Positions 29,231 through 38,433 of a stretch of 64,000 nucleotides of DNA are shown here, one piece after another. Numbering within the stretch: position 1 is the first letter of the stretch; each line of letters starts with the position of its first letter. The position numbers and the translations under genes were made by a program. Source of the stretch: an uncultured Blastocatellaceae bacterium (lineage in GTDB: Bacteria; Acidobacteriota; Blastocatellia; Pyrinomonadales; Pyrinomonadaceae). The notes under the pieces were generated by a model, which saw only the letters and a program-made list of their open reading frames with translations, made no database searches and was not told where the DNA came from. The DNA lies in NCBI GenBank assembly GCA_964487505.1, contig CAZARD010000002.1, forward strand, positions 2,527 through 66,526. Reading direction: 5' to 3'.

Positions 29231-30707
29231 GCTGAGATCGATATTCGCGGCGTTTATTGTTGCTTTCGCTTCGGTCCACGCAATCGCTCAGAGCGATCTT
29301 CCCGAGCCCGGCCCGCCGCGTCCGTTCGTCGTTCCCGATGTCGTCGAGGCGAAATTGCCGAACGGGCTGACGGTAGCCACCGTGCAGCGAAGCAACGTCC
29401 CGCTTGTCACTGTCCGGCTGATGATCCGCAGCGGCGCGAGCGAAGAGTCAGGAGAAAAGGCCGGGCTTGCCGATCTCACGGCAGCGCTGATGACAAAACG
29501 GACTCGAACGCGGACGGCGGACCAGATCGCCGAGCAGATGGAGTTTCTCGGGGGCAGTCTTGTTTCGGGCGCCGACTGGAATAAAACAGTCTTCACGTTC
29601 ACGGTCGCGAGCGACAAACTCGATGCCGCGATGGCGATCCTCGGCGATGTCATTCTGAATTCGACGCTCGACGCGAAGGAACTTGAACTGATCCGCTCGC
29701 AGGCGCTCGACACCCTCGCCGCCGATCTGAAAGAGCCGGCGTTTCTCGCCAACTATGCCGCGAGCCGTTTCAGTTTCGGCGAGCATCCGCCGGGCGGGAC
29801 GCCGGAAAGCCTGAAGTCGATAAGGCGGTCGGATATCGCGCGGTTTCGGTCAGTCAAGTACAGACCCGACAACAGCGTTCTGGTTCTTGTCGGAGACGTC
29901 GACGGGAAGCGCGCTAAATCAGTTGGCGCGCGCTTTCTTGGCGCTTGGCGTTCGGCAATTGGACGTACGATCAAGATTAAGGGCGCCACGAACACGAAGG
30001 TAGACCAACGTGATAATGGAAACGCACGGATCTTGGTTGTTGACTTGCCGGATTCCGGACAATCTGCAGTCACATATTCGAGGGCAATACGCAATTCCGG
30101 GCGGGTGGTCTGTCTACTGCCGTTCGAATGTGAGTCGAATCCCATCTTTCATCCCGCCTCGGTCGCGAATTCGGTTCTTGGCGGCGGTTATTCGTCGCGG
30201 CTCAATCAGGAGATACGCATCAAACGCGGGCTGAGCTACGGCGCGGGAAGCGGCTTCAGCTGGCGTGGCTCGAAGACGAATTTCTCGACCCGGACGCAGA
30301 CCAAGGACGAATCGGCGGCCGAGGTCGCCCGGATCGTCGTCGACGAGATCTCGAAACTAGGCAATTCAGACGCTGCGGAGGCCGAACTTGCGGCACGGAA
30401 ACTCGTGATCAACGGCGACTACAGCCGGGAATTCGAGACGACGGCCGACCTTGCCGAAACGGTGAGCGTCGTCTATTCTTTCGCCCTTTCGACCTCGGAG
30501 ATGAAATCGTTCGCGGCAAGCATTAATGCGGTGACCGCCGCCGATGTCAGAAAATTCGCCGCCGACTATCTGCTGAACGGCGACATCGTCATTGCGGGCG
30601 ACTACCGCAAGTTCAAGGACGATCTCGCAAAACGATTTCCTGGAGCGTCGGTCCGAGTCATCGAGGCCGCAAGGCTCGATCTGTCCCGGGAATCGCTGGA
30701 GAATTGA
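29220..30707 (+). CDS. M16 family peptidase, non-catalytic partner subunit
   Basis: M16 fold without HxxEH (GLADLTAALMTK at that position), with a signal peptide. The ATG at 29220 follows an AGGAGG and overlaps the upstream gene by 11 nt. Confidence 0.8.
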   Translation: MPNRLRSIFAAFIVAFASVHAIAQSDLPEPGPPRPFVVPDVVEAKLPNGLTVATVQRSNVPLVTVRLMIRSGASEESGEKAGLADLTAALMTKRTRTRTADQIAEQMEFLGGSLVSGADWNKTVFTFTVASDKLDAAMAILGDVILNSTLDAKELELIRSQALDTLAADLKEPAFLANYAASRFSFGEHPPGGTPESLKSIRRSDIARFRSVKYRPDNSVLVLVGDVDGKRAKSVGARFLGAWRSAIGRTIKIKGATNTKVDQRDNGNARILVVDLPDSGQSAVTYSRAIRNSGRVVCLLPFECESNPIFHPASVANSVLGGGYSSRLNQEIRIKRGLSYGAGSGFSWRGSKTNFSTRTQTKDESAAEVARIVVDEISKLGNSDAAEAELAARKLVINGDYSREFETTADLAETVSVVYSFALSTSEMKSFAASINAVTAADVRKFAADYLLNGDIVIAGDYRKFKDDLAKRFPGASVRVIEAARLDLSRESLEN

Positions 30708-30821
30708 ACGAACGCCGTCGCATGGTCGGCGTTGAAGACTCCGAGATGCCCTAGAGGCGAGTGTCTTGCCCGTTGTCTGTGCGTGTTTCGCGACCTTGGC
30801 GGGAACGAAATCCCTCGAATG

Positions 30822-31017
30822 AATCCAAATTACGTCTTAGGGTTTCCATCGCGGATTCTTGACGGGTTTCGGACTGGCTGACGTTCCGCCCTTCGCGGAC
30901 TTTGCGTGGGAAAATGCCTTTTTGGCGAGTGGACGCCGGTTCCTCGCGCAAAGCCCGCAAAGATCGCAACGGCGACAATCATAAAGATTCGCCTCGATGC
31001 GTAATCCCGGATGAATG
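30822..31017. repeat. dispersed hairpin repeat, copy 2
   Basis: By eye about 85-90 percent identical to 44121-44312. It contains paired arms CGTTCCG..CTTCGCG..CTTTGCG / CGCAAAG..CGCAAAG..CGCAACG. Confidence 0.85.
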
Positions 31018-31235
31018 TTCGGTCGGCGGTGGAGCGCGAGCGAGAATGTTCCGGATGTCAGCTGAAAATAAACAGCTCACAGCAAATGTTTCGTACATTC
31101 TCTTGCGTCGCAGTCGGACCCGTCCGGGTCGAGCGGAATCTGATTCCGTGCAACACGATAGGTCGGCCGTCTCCTTGTTTTTCTGCTTTTCAACTTGAGT
31201 CGCAACGAACGGTTTGCTTGAATTGAGGCAACGCG

Positions 31236-32993
31236 ATGCACCGCAATCTTCGAACATTCATTGAACAACTTCGCGCCGAGAACGATCTCGTCGAGATCGG
31301 CGCAGAGGTCGATCCCTATCTGGAGATCGCCGAGATCCACCGCCGAGTCATTGAGGAAGGCGGGAAGGCCCTTCTGTTCACGAACGTCAAGGGATCCGGG
31401 TTTCCCGTCGTGACGAATCTTTTCGGGACCGCGAAACGCATCGATCTCGCGTTCGGAAAGAAACCGCAGCGACTTGTCCGGCGCGCGGTCGAAGCGGTCG
31501 AGGTCCTTTTGCCGCCGAAACCGAAGGAACTCTGGAATTACCGCGATCTCGCGTTCGCGGCCCTCAAGCTCGGCACCAAAAAGGTCGGCCGCGCGCCCGT
31601 TCTCGAGGTCTCGCAGACGCCGGTCGATCTCGAAGCGATTCCGTTGCTCCAGCTTTGGCACGAGGACGGAGGGCATTTCGTCACTTTGCCGCTCGTTTAC
31701 ACCGAAAGCCCGGTGTCGGGCAAGCACAACCTCGGAATGTACCGGATCCAGCGATACGACAAGACTTCGACCGGGATCCATTGGCAGATCGGCAAGGGCG
31801 GCGGATTTCATTACCACGAAGCCGAAAAGCAGGGAAACGACCTGCCGGTGACGATCTTTCTCGGCGGCTCGCCGGCGATGATCCTCGCGGCGATCGCGCC
31901 TTTGCCCGAGGACGTGCCCGAACTCGTGCTGGCGTCGGTGCTTGCCGACGGCAAGATCGAGACCGTCGCGAACCCGATCGAAGGTCATCACCGCCTGATC
32001 GCGGAGGCCGAATTCGCCATCTGCGGGAGCGTCGCGCCGCACGAACGCCGGCCCGAGGGCCCGTTCGGTGATCACTACGGTTATTATTCGCTGGTCCACG
32101 ATTATCCCGTTTTCCGCGCGAAGGCGGTATATCACCGGCGCGACGCGATCTATCCGGCGACGGTCGTCGGAAAACCGCGCCAGGAAGATTTTTTCATCGG
32201 CGATTATCTGCAGGAACTGCTTTCACCGCTCTTTCCGCTCGTTATGCCGGCGGTGCGCGATCTTTGGAGCTATGGCGAGACGGGGTTTCACTCGCTCGCC
32301 GCGGCGGTCGTCCGCGAGCGTTACGGGCGCGAGGCACTGTCGGCGGGCTTTCGGATTCTCGGCGAAGGGCAGCTGTCGCTGACCAAGTTCCTTCTGCTTA
32401 CGGACCGGCCGCAGGATCTGCGCGATTTTCCGCGGGTCCTCGAATCGGTCCTCGAACGCGTCGATTGGGCGAGCGATTTCTTCATCTTCGACCGGACATC
32501 GTTCGACACTCTCGATTACGCGTCGGGCAAGATAAACCATGGATCCAAAGCGCTTCTGGTCGGCGTCGGCGAACCGCGCCGCGAACTGGCGCGCGAATTT
32601 CGCGGTTCGTTGCCGAGGGGCGTCACGGCGGCGCGCGTTTTCTGCGGTGGATGTCTCGCGCTCGAAGCGGAATCCTACGCGTCCGATAAGGAACTTGCGG
32701 GACGGATCGCGAGCGACGACGCGTTCCGCGAGTTCGAAATGGTCGTCGTTCTGGACTCGATCGATCTTGCACGCTCGACGGAGAAATTCCTTTGGGCGAC
32801 TTGGACGCGTTTCAATCCCTCGACCGACATCCGCGCGCGCGGCGTCGAGGTTCGGAACAATCATATCAGCTACGATTCGCCGATCGTCATCGACTCGCGA
32901 ATGAAGCCTTGGTATCCGGCCGAGGTCGAAGTCCGACCCGACATCGCCGAACTGGTCGACCGCCGCTGGCTCGAGTACTTTCCGAACAAATGA
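31236..32993 (+). CDS. UbiD-family (prenyl-FMN dependent) decarboxylase
   Basis: 585 aa with the typical N-terminus LRTFIEQLRAENDLVEI and UbiD core blocks (GMYRIQ, IHWQIGKGGG). Confidence 0.9.
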   Translation: MHRNLRTFIEQLRAENDLVEIGAEVDPYLEIAEIHRRVIEEGGKALLFTNVKGSGFPVVTNLFGTAKRIDLAFGKKPQRLVRRAVEAVEVLLPPKPKELWNYRDLAFAALKLGTKKVGRAPVLEVSQTPVDLEAIPLLQLWHEDGGHFVTLPLVYTESPVSGKHNLGMYRIQRYDKTSTGIHWQIGKGGGFHYHEAEKQGNDLPVTIFLGGSPAMILAAIAPLPEDVPELVLASVLADGKIETVANPIEGHHRLIAEAEFAICGSVAPHERRPEGPFGDHYGYYSLVHDYPVFRAKAVYHRRDAIYPATVVGKPRQEDFFIGDYLQELLSPLFPLVMPAVRDLWSYGETGFHSLAAAVVRERYGREALSAGFRILGEGQLSLTKFLLLTDRPQDLRDFPRVLESVLERVDWASDFFIFDRTSFDTLDYASGKINHGSKALLVGVGEPRRELAREFRGSLPRGVTAARVFCGGCLALEAESYASDKELAGRIASDDAFREFEMVVVLDSIDLARSTEKFLWATWTRFNPSTDIRARGVEVRNNHISYDSPIVIDSRMKPWYPAEVEVRPDIAELVDRRWLEYFPNK

Positions 32994-33877
32994 AGAGAAT
33001 CCTGATCGCGTTCGCGGCGTTGGTCGCCGTCACCGGGGTGGTCTGCCTCGGATATGCGTATTTCGTCGAACCGTTCCGCCTGGTCATCAATCAGCGCCGT
33101 TTGCCGGTCGCGAACTGGAATCAGGCCTACAACGGACTGCGGATCGTCGCGATCAGCGATATTCACGGCGGATCTCGGGGCGTCACCGAGGAGAAGATCA
33201 AACAGGTCGCGGACGCGGCGAACGCGCAGAATCCTGACATCATCGTCCTGCTCGGCGATTTCGTGTCCGAGGAACGGACCGACAGGACGAAACTCAAAAT
33301 GCCGCTCGCGACGATCGCGGCCAACCTTCGCGGGTTGCGCGCGCCGCTCGGGGTCTACGCCGTTCTCGGCAATCACGACGGTTGGCACGACGATGCGGCG
33401 GTCGCCGCCGCGCTTCGGAAAGAAGGGCTGCGGGTACTCGAGAACGAGATCGCCGTCGTTGAACGCAACGGAAGAAAACTGAGGATCTTGGGGCTCCGCG
33501 ATCATATGAAGCTCACGCCGAACTGGCAGAAGCTCTCGAACGAGCTCAAGGAACTCATCGCCGCGAGCCCGGGCGACTCAGACCTGATCGTGCTGCAGCA
33601 CAGCCCCGACGTGCTGCCGATGATCACCGGCGGGTTGCTGATCTCCAGCGATCTGCGGCTGATCCTCGCGGGCCACACGCACGGAGGTCAGGTTTGGTTG
33701 CCGCTGATCGGAACCCCGATCGTGCCTTCCAGCTATGGACAAAAATACTCGTACGGGGCGGTGCGCGAGAACGGAATCGATATGTTCGTAACGACGGGAG
33801 TCGGCACGAGCATCCTGCCGATCCGATTCATGATGCCGCCCGAGATCGCCGTCCTCGAGATCGTCTCCGAAAACTGA
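32990..33877 (+). CDS. membrane-anchored metallophosphoesterase
   Basis: Motifs SDIHGG, LGDFV, GNHD and GHTHGG. The ATGA start overlaps the UbiD gene stop (Met67 of the track ORF). Confidence 0.85.
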   Translation: MKRILIAFAALVAVTGVVCLGYAYFVEPFRLVINQRRLPVANWNQAYNGLRIVAISDIHGGSRGVTEEKIKQVADAANAQNPDIIVLLGDFVSEERTDRTKLKMPLATIAANLRGLRAPLGVYAVLGNHDGWHDDAAVAAALRKEGLRVLENEIAVVERNGRKLRILGLRDHMKLTPNWQKLSNELKELIAASPGDSDLIVLQHSPDVLPMITGGLLISSDLRLILAGHTHGGQVWLPLIGTPIVPSSYGQKYSYGAVRENGIDMFVTTGVGTSILPIRFMMPPEIAVLEIVSEN

Positions 33878-33897
33878 CCGCGGGCTATACGACTGCT

Positions 33898-33932
33898 CTC
33901 ACCGCTCACCGCTTGCTGCCCACCGCTCACCG
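33898..33932. repeat. short CTCACCG heptamer repeat between convergent genes
   Basis: CTCACCG CTCACCG cttgctgcc CACCG CTCACCG. The last unit overlaps the NPP gene stop. Confidence 0.6.
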
Positions 33933-35168
33933 TCTCAACATCGAACGGACGTTCTCGATCCGGCCATCGTTCGGTGCGGGTTTGAGACCGAGAATCTCGC
34001 ACATCAGGTTGTATACCTCGACGTTCGCGAACGGCTCGGCGACGAAGGACCGTTTGAAGGCCGGACCGTGCGCGACGAATGTCGCCTGCATCGACTGATA
34101 CTTGTTGTCGTAGCCGTGAGCGCCGCGCGGGCGGGCGGGATCATCGATGTCCTTGGTCAGATCCTCGTAGCGTTTCCGGCTCGTCGTCAGCCATCCTTCC
34201 TCGCTCGAGCAGACGATCGGCGCCACGCGCTTGCCTTGCCGGTAATTGAGGCGCTCGGGGATGTCTTCCTTTTTCCAGCAGGTCGCGTGCTCGAGTTTCG
34301 AGATCTTCGCAAAGATCCCGTCGATCTTGCCGGGCTTCGGAAAGATCTGGATGATCTCGTTCGTCCAAAGAATCCGTTCGGCGAGGTCGAAATCGAAGTG
34401 ATCGTCAAGGAACGTTCTTTGGGTGTAATAGACGGGCGCCATTCCGTGATCTGAAACGATCATCACGTTCACTTTGTTGTCGATCTTGCGCGCCCGAAGT
34501 CCGTTCATCAGGCGTTCGAGATAGCTGTCTACGTTCCAAACGGCGTACTTCGTCTCCTCGGCATCGGGGCCGAACGCGTGGCCCGCGTCGTCCGTGTCGG
34601 AAAAATAGAGCGTCATCATCGTCGGCCGTTTTTCCTTCGGAAGATCGAACCAGCCCAGGACCTTGTCGACACGCATCTGGGGCGGGACGTCGCCGTCGTA
34701 TCTCCGCCAGAACGTCGGTTGCTCGCCGTTTATCAGGGTTTCGGACCCGACGAAGAAATACGACGCCGCGATCCGGCCCTGTTTTTCGGCGGTCACCCAG
34801 ATCGGCTCGCCGCCCCACCAGCGCGGATTCTCGACCTCCTTGCGTTTCGACATCGAGAATACTTCCCCGAAATCGAACACGTTGTTCTCGACGATGCCGT
34901 GGTTTGCGGGGTAAAGCCCGGTCGCTATCGTGTAGTGATTCGGAAAGGTCTTCGTCGGGAAAGACGGGACCATCCACTTCGCCCGGACGCCCTCGCGCGC
35001 CAGGCGGCGCAATGTCGGCGGAGAGAACTTGTCGATGTAATCGTACCGGAACCCGTCAAGCGAGATCAGGATCACGGTCGGCTCGAGATCCCGTACGGGC
35101 TGTTGGGCGAACGCGGTCGTGGCCGGGAACGCGACAAACAAGAGCAGCAGTCGGAAAAGCATCTTCAT
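33927..35168 (-). CDS. ectonucleotide pyrophosphatase/phosphodiesterase (NPP, alkaline-phosphatase superfamily)
   Basis: Signal peptide, SLDGFRYDY, the catalytic Thr block PTKTFPNHYTIATGLYP, and HGYDN. Confidence 0.9.
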   Translation of the reverse strand: MKMLFRLLLLFVAFPATTAFAQQPVRDLEPTVILISLDGFRYDYIDKFSPPTLRRLAREGVRAKWMVPSFPTKTFPNHYTIATGLYPANHGIVENNVFDFGEVFSMSKRKEVENPRWWGGEPIWVTAEKQGRIAASYFFVGSETLINGEQPTFWRRYDGDVPPQMRVDKVLGWFDLPKEKRPTMMTLYFSDTDDAGHAFGPDAEETKYAVWNVDSYLERLMNGLRARKIDNKVNVMIVSDHGMAPVYYTQRTFLDDHFDFDLAERILWTNEIIQIFPKPGKIDGIFAKISKLEHATCWKKEDIPERLNYRQGKRVAPIVCSSEEGWLTTSRKRYEDLTKDIDDPARPRGAHGYDNKYQSMQATFVAHGPAFKRSFVAEPFANVEVYNLMCEILGLKPAPNDGRIENVRSMLRR

Positions 35169-35325
35169 AGAGAGAAAACTACTTCAATTTCGGGACATTT
35201 TCAAAAGTTCAGATATCAAGTCCGACAAACGCACTTGCCTCCAGAAAAATCTTGGCAAAAAGAGATCGCCGCTGCCGTCTTCAGTTTTTGTTCCGAAAGC
35301 AATCATTCAAGGAGACTCAAGAATA

Positions 35326-35814
35326 ATGTCGATAACAAAACTCGCCAACGTCCCATTGGTACCGCAGCCGACCGACGGAGTATGCTGGTATGCCTGCTCG
35401 CGCATGCTGTACAGATGGTCGCAGGCCACCGGACGCGGCGTGATGAAAAACCCGCAGGACGACTGCGGGTATTACACGCGGTTTCAGAACAACGGCGACA
35501 TCGCGGCGTTCCAGAACAATCACCTGGGGCGCGCGTTGAACATGAAACTGCATTCGAGCCTTTCTCTGGACTATGAGTCGGTGCTTTCTTTCCTTCAAGA
35601 TCACGGACCGATATGGACGGGACTCAGGAAGAACTGGGGCGGAAACGATCACGGACACGTCGTCGTCATTTGCGGCGTGGCCGATACCGGCGTCTTCATA
35701 CACGATCCCGAACCGGTCAAACAGGGCAGCACGTTTTGGCTGACGTGGGACCAGATCAAAAAAGCGGTCGCCGGCGAACCCAAGTCGGATCCGCCGTTCA
35801 TGACCGCCGCGTAG
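35326..35814 (+). CDS. papain-fold cysteine peptidase, C70 (AvrRpt2)-like / C39-like
   Basis: 162 aa. The candidate Cys-His-Asp triad sits in GVCWYACSRM, GHVVVICG and FIHDPEP with C70-like spacing. An AGGAG RBS is present, and there is no signal peptide. Confidence 0.6.
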   Translation: MSITKLANVPLVPQPTDGVCWYACSRMLYRWSQATGRGVMKNPQDDCGYYTRFQNNGDIAAFQNNHLGRALNMKLHSSLSLDYESVLSFLQDHGPIWTGLRKNWGGNDHGHVVVICGVADTGVFIHDPEPVKQGSTFWLTWDQIKKAVAGEPKSDPPFMTAA

Positions 35815-36270
35815 CTAATTGCCGAACCCGCCGATCTCTTTGAGTTTGGCCCGGAAGCGGGCGTCGTGCCCGGTCTGAATGCCTTGCGCGCAGAACCAGG
35901 CGTGGGTCAACTCGTGTTTGAGGATATTCGTGATCTGCTGGTTCGGGGCTTTCGTTAGGAAAGCCTTTTTCACATAGACGGTCGGGACCTTGCCGGGCGA
36001 GCAGGTGGTATATGCGACGCCCGGTTCGACCGCGATGTTCTTCGGCTGGATGGGTTCATCGACGACGAAGACCGCGACCTTCGGCATCGATCCGAAAAGC
36101 GGCGTGATGCGATCGGCTTCGGCTTGGATCTTGGAATCTCTTACCCCTTTGTGATCGGGCGTGACCGCCGCTGAAGGGATCGTGTTCGTCGAATTCGTCG
36201 TCTCGGGCACGCGCGAGCAGGCGAACGAAACCGCCGCCGCGAGGATGATCGAGATCGTTCGTAATTTCAT
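35815..36270 (-). CDS. SprT-like zinc-metallopeptidase-motif lipoprotein
   Basis: Lipobox AAAVSFAC and HELTHAW-x9-GH (HExxH plus a third His, as in SprT-like domains). Its stop abuts the stop of the C70-like gene. Confidence 0.55.
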   Translation of the reverse strand: MKLRTISIILAAAVSFACSRVPETTNSTNTIPSAAVTPDHKGVRDSKIQAEADRITPLFGSMPKVAVFVVDEPIQPKNIAVEPGVAYTTCSPGKVPTVYVKKAFLTKAPNQQITNILKHELTHAWFCAQGIQTGHDARFRAKLKEIGGFGN

Positions 36271-36293
36271 TTTCGGCCCGATTAGGCTTCACC

Positions 36294-36442
36294 GATCCAA
36301 GATTCAAGAGTCAAGATTCAAGAGTCAAGATTCAAGAGTCAAGATTCAAGAAATCCAAATTCCAAATTCCAAATTCCAAAATCCCAGATCCCAGATCCCA
36401 GATCCCAGATCCCAAATCCCAAATCCCAAATGCCAAATGCCA
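36294..36442. repeat. 149-bp in-phase heptamer array (about 21 units)
   Basis: GATCCAA, then (GATTCAA GAGTCAA)x3.5, GAAATCCAA, (ATTCCAA)x3, AATCCCA, (GATCCCA)x4, (AATCCCA)x2, (AATGCCA)x2. It runs from the asnS stop codon to 24 nt before the lipoprotein ATG. Confidence 0.95.
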
Positions 36443-37753
36443 TCAAGGTCTCAACCGGTAAAGCATCCTCGGGAACGGAATCGTCTCACGGATATGCTCG
36501 ATGCCGCACATCCAGGCGGTGCAGCGCTCGATTCCCATTCCAAACCCGGCGTGCGGGACGCCGCCGAACCGCCGCAGATCTAAATACCACTCAAACGCTT
36601 CTTTGGGAAGATCGTGCGCCGCGATCTGCTTTTCGAGAAACTCCAGATCGAACGCGCGCTCGCCGCCGCCGATGATCTCTCCGTATCCTTCGGGCGCCAA
36701 TAGATCCACGCCGAGCGCCAACTCGGGACGGTCCTTGTCGCGCTCAAAATAGAACGCCTTGATCGCGGCCGGGAAGTGGTGCACGAACACCGGCTGGCCA
36801 AACTGGCTCGACAGATAGGTCTCGTCGGGCGCGCCGAAATCGCCGCCCCATTCGAAAGTGTTCTCGAGTTCGCCTTTCGCGTGTCCTTCCTGAAGCATCT
36901 TGACGGCATCGTCGTAATGGACCCGCGGGAAAGGCGCGGAGATGGCTTCGAGTTTCGTGATATCTCGCTCGAGGACGTTGAGATCGTCGCGACGATCCTC
37001 AAGCACGCGGCCGGCGATGAACGTGATCATGCGTTCGCCGAGGTCCATCACGTCGGCGAGATGCGCGTATGCCATTTCCGGTTCGACCATCCAGAATTCG
37101 GTCAAATGGCGCCGGGTCTTGGACTTTTCCGCACGGAACGTCGGTCCGAAAGCGTACGAGCGACCGAATGCGGCAGCCGTCGCCTCGTTGTACAGCTGCC
37201 CGCTTTGCGTCAGATATGCCTTGTCGTCGCCGAAATAATCGACCTCGAACAACGTGGTCGTCCCCTCGCAGGCAGCGGGAGTGAAGATCGGCGTGTCGGC
37301 GAGGATAAAGCCGTTGGAGTCGAAGAAATCGCGGACGGCCTTGATGACCGTATGCCGTACGCGCAGGACCGCGTGCTGCTTCTTGGAGCGGATCCACAAA
37401 TGCCGGTGGTCCATTAGAAACTCGGTACCGTGCTCTTTCGGTGTGATCGGGTAGTCGTGGGCGTTCTGAATCACCTCGAGCCCGGTGACATCGAGTTCGA
37501 CGCCGATCGGCGAACGCGCATCTTCCTTGACGTTGCCGCGAACGACGATAGACGATTCCTGCCCGAGCCCTTTGGCCCTCTCGAAAAGCTCTTCGTTGTT
37601 CGGTTTGAAACAGACGCACTGGACGATTCCCGTACCGTCGCGAAGTTGAAGGAACGCGAGTTTGCCGCTTGAACGCGAGTTGTAGAGCCAGCCCTTGAGG
37701 GTTACCGCCTCGCCGATGTGATTCTTTAGTTCGTTGATATATGTTTGGTTCAT
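36443..37753 (-). CDS. asnS: asparagine--tRNA ligase
   Basis: Class IIb aaRS with an OB anticodon domain, motif 2 [21 protein letters not shown] and motif 3 GFGMGIER. The start is at MNQTYINEL (Met27 of the track ORF). Confidence 0.95.
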   Translation of the reverse strand: MNQTYINELKNHIGEAVTLKGWLYNSRSSGKLAFLQLRDGTGIVQCVCFKPNNEELFERAKGLGQESSIVVRGNVKEDARSPIGVELDVTGLEVIQNAHDYPITPKEHGTEFLMDHRHLWIRSKKQHAVLRVRHTVIKAVRDFFDSNGFILADTPIFTPAACEGTTTLFEVDYFGDDKAYLTQSGQLYNEATAAAFGRSYAFGPTFRAEKSKTRRHLTEFWMVEPEMAYAHLADVMDLGERMITFIAGRVLEDRRDDLNVLERDITKLEAISAPFPRVHYDDAVKMLQEGHAKGELENTFEWGGDFGAPDETYLSSQFGQPVFVHHFPAAIKAFYFERDKDRPELALGVDLLAPEGYGEIIGGGERAFDLEFLEKQIAAHDLPKEAFEWYLDLRRFGGVPHAGFGMGIERCTAWMCGIEHIRETIPFPRMLYRLRP

Positions 37754-37929
37754 TGTCGAAAGCGCTCGGATCGGATCGGTGATCCCGAATCCCGACGCAA
37801 CGTTCATTCTAGCGAAAATCTCGAATGGCAAAAAGTCGGCAAGCGCGGGGCGTCCGGCGGCGGGCGCGACCTGCCCGGACCGAACATCGATTTGACATTT
37901 TGAAAGTATGTAACTAATCTGGTTACACT

Positions 37930-38433
37930 ATGGCGGGGAATTCGAAGTTTGCGACCGCGATCCACGTTGCCGGGGTTCTCTCGTTCGCGGAGCGGATGCC
38001 GGTCACGTCCGAAGCGATCGCCGAAAGCTGCGGTACGAATCCGGTCGTCATCCGAAGAATCATCGGGCTTCTGACAAAACACGGCTTGGTCGAGGTCAAG
38101 AAAGGAGCCGGCGGCGGCGCGCGATTGACGCGCGATCCGGCGCGCATTTCGCTGGCGACGATCTATGACGCGCTCGAGGAAGACCCGGTTTTCGACGTTC
38201 CGCAGTTCGATGAGGGCCACGCCTGCGCCGTCGGAAAGATCGTCAGGCCGGTCCTGGCCGAGGTCCTGCGCGAGGCCGAAGACGATCTCCGCGCGAGCCT
38301 CCGTGAACGCTCGCTGGCCGAGGTTATCGAACTCGTCCGACTTAGACTTGTCGACGAATGCGGCAGCGAATCGAAAACGGGCGGCGTCGTTCGGAAGTCC
38401 ACGATCCAGAATCCGAGTTTGCAACGTGTCTGA
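37930..38433 (+). CDS. Rrf2/BadM family transcriptional regulator
   Basis: N-terminal winged HTH (SKFATAIHVAGVL...SEAIAESCGTNPVVIRRIIGLLTKHGLV). Confidence 0.85.
   Translation: MAGNSKFATAIHVAGVLSFAERMPVTSEAIAESCGTNPVVIRRIIGLLTKHGLVEVKKGAGGGARLTRDPARISLATIYDALEEDPVFDVPQFDEGHACAVGKIVRPVLAEVLREAEDDLRASLRERSLAEVIELVRLRLVDECGSESKTGGVVRKSTIQNPSLQRV

Noticed and set aside
36294-36442. Could the tandem arrays be CRISPR arrays?
   Set aside because: The units are 7-9 bp with no unique spacers between them, and no cas genes are in the window. CRISPR repeats are 23-50 bp and are separated by spacers of similar length.
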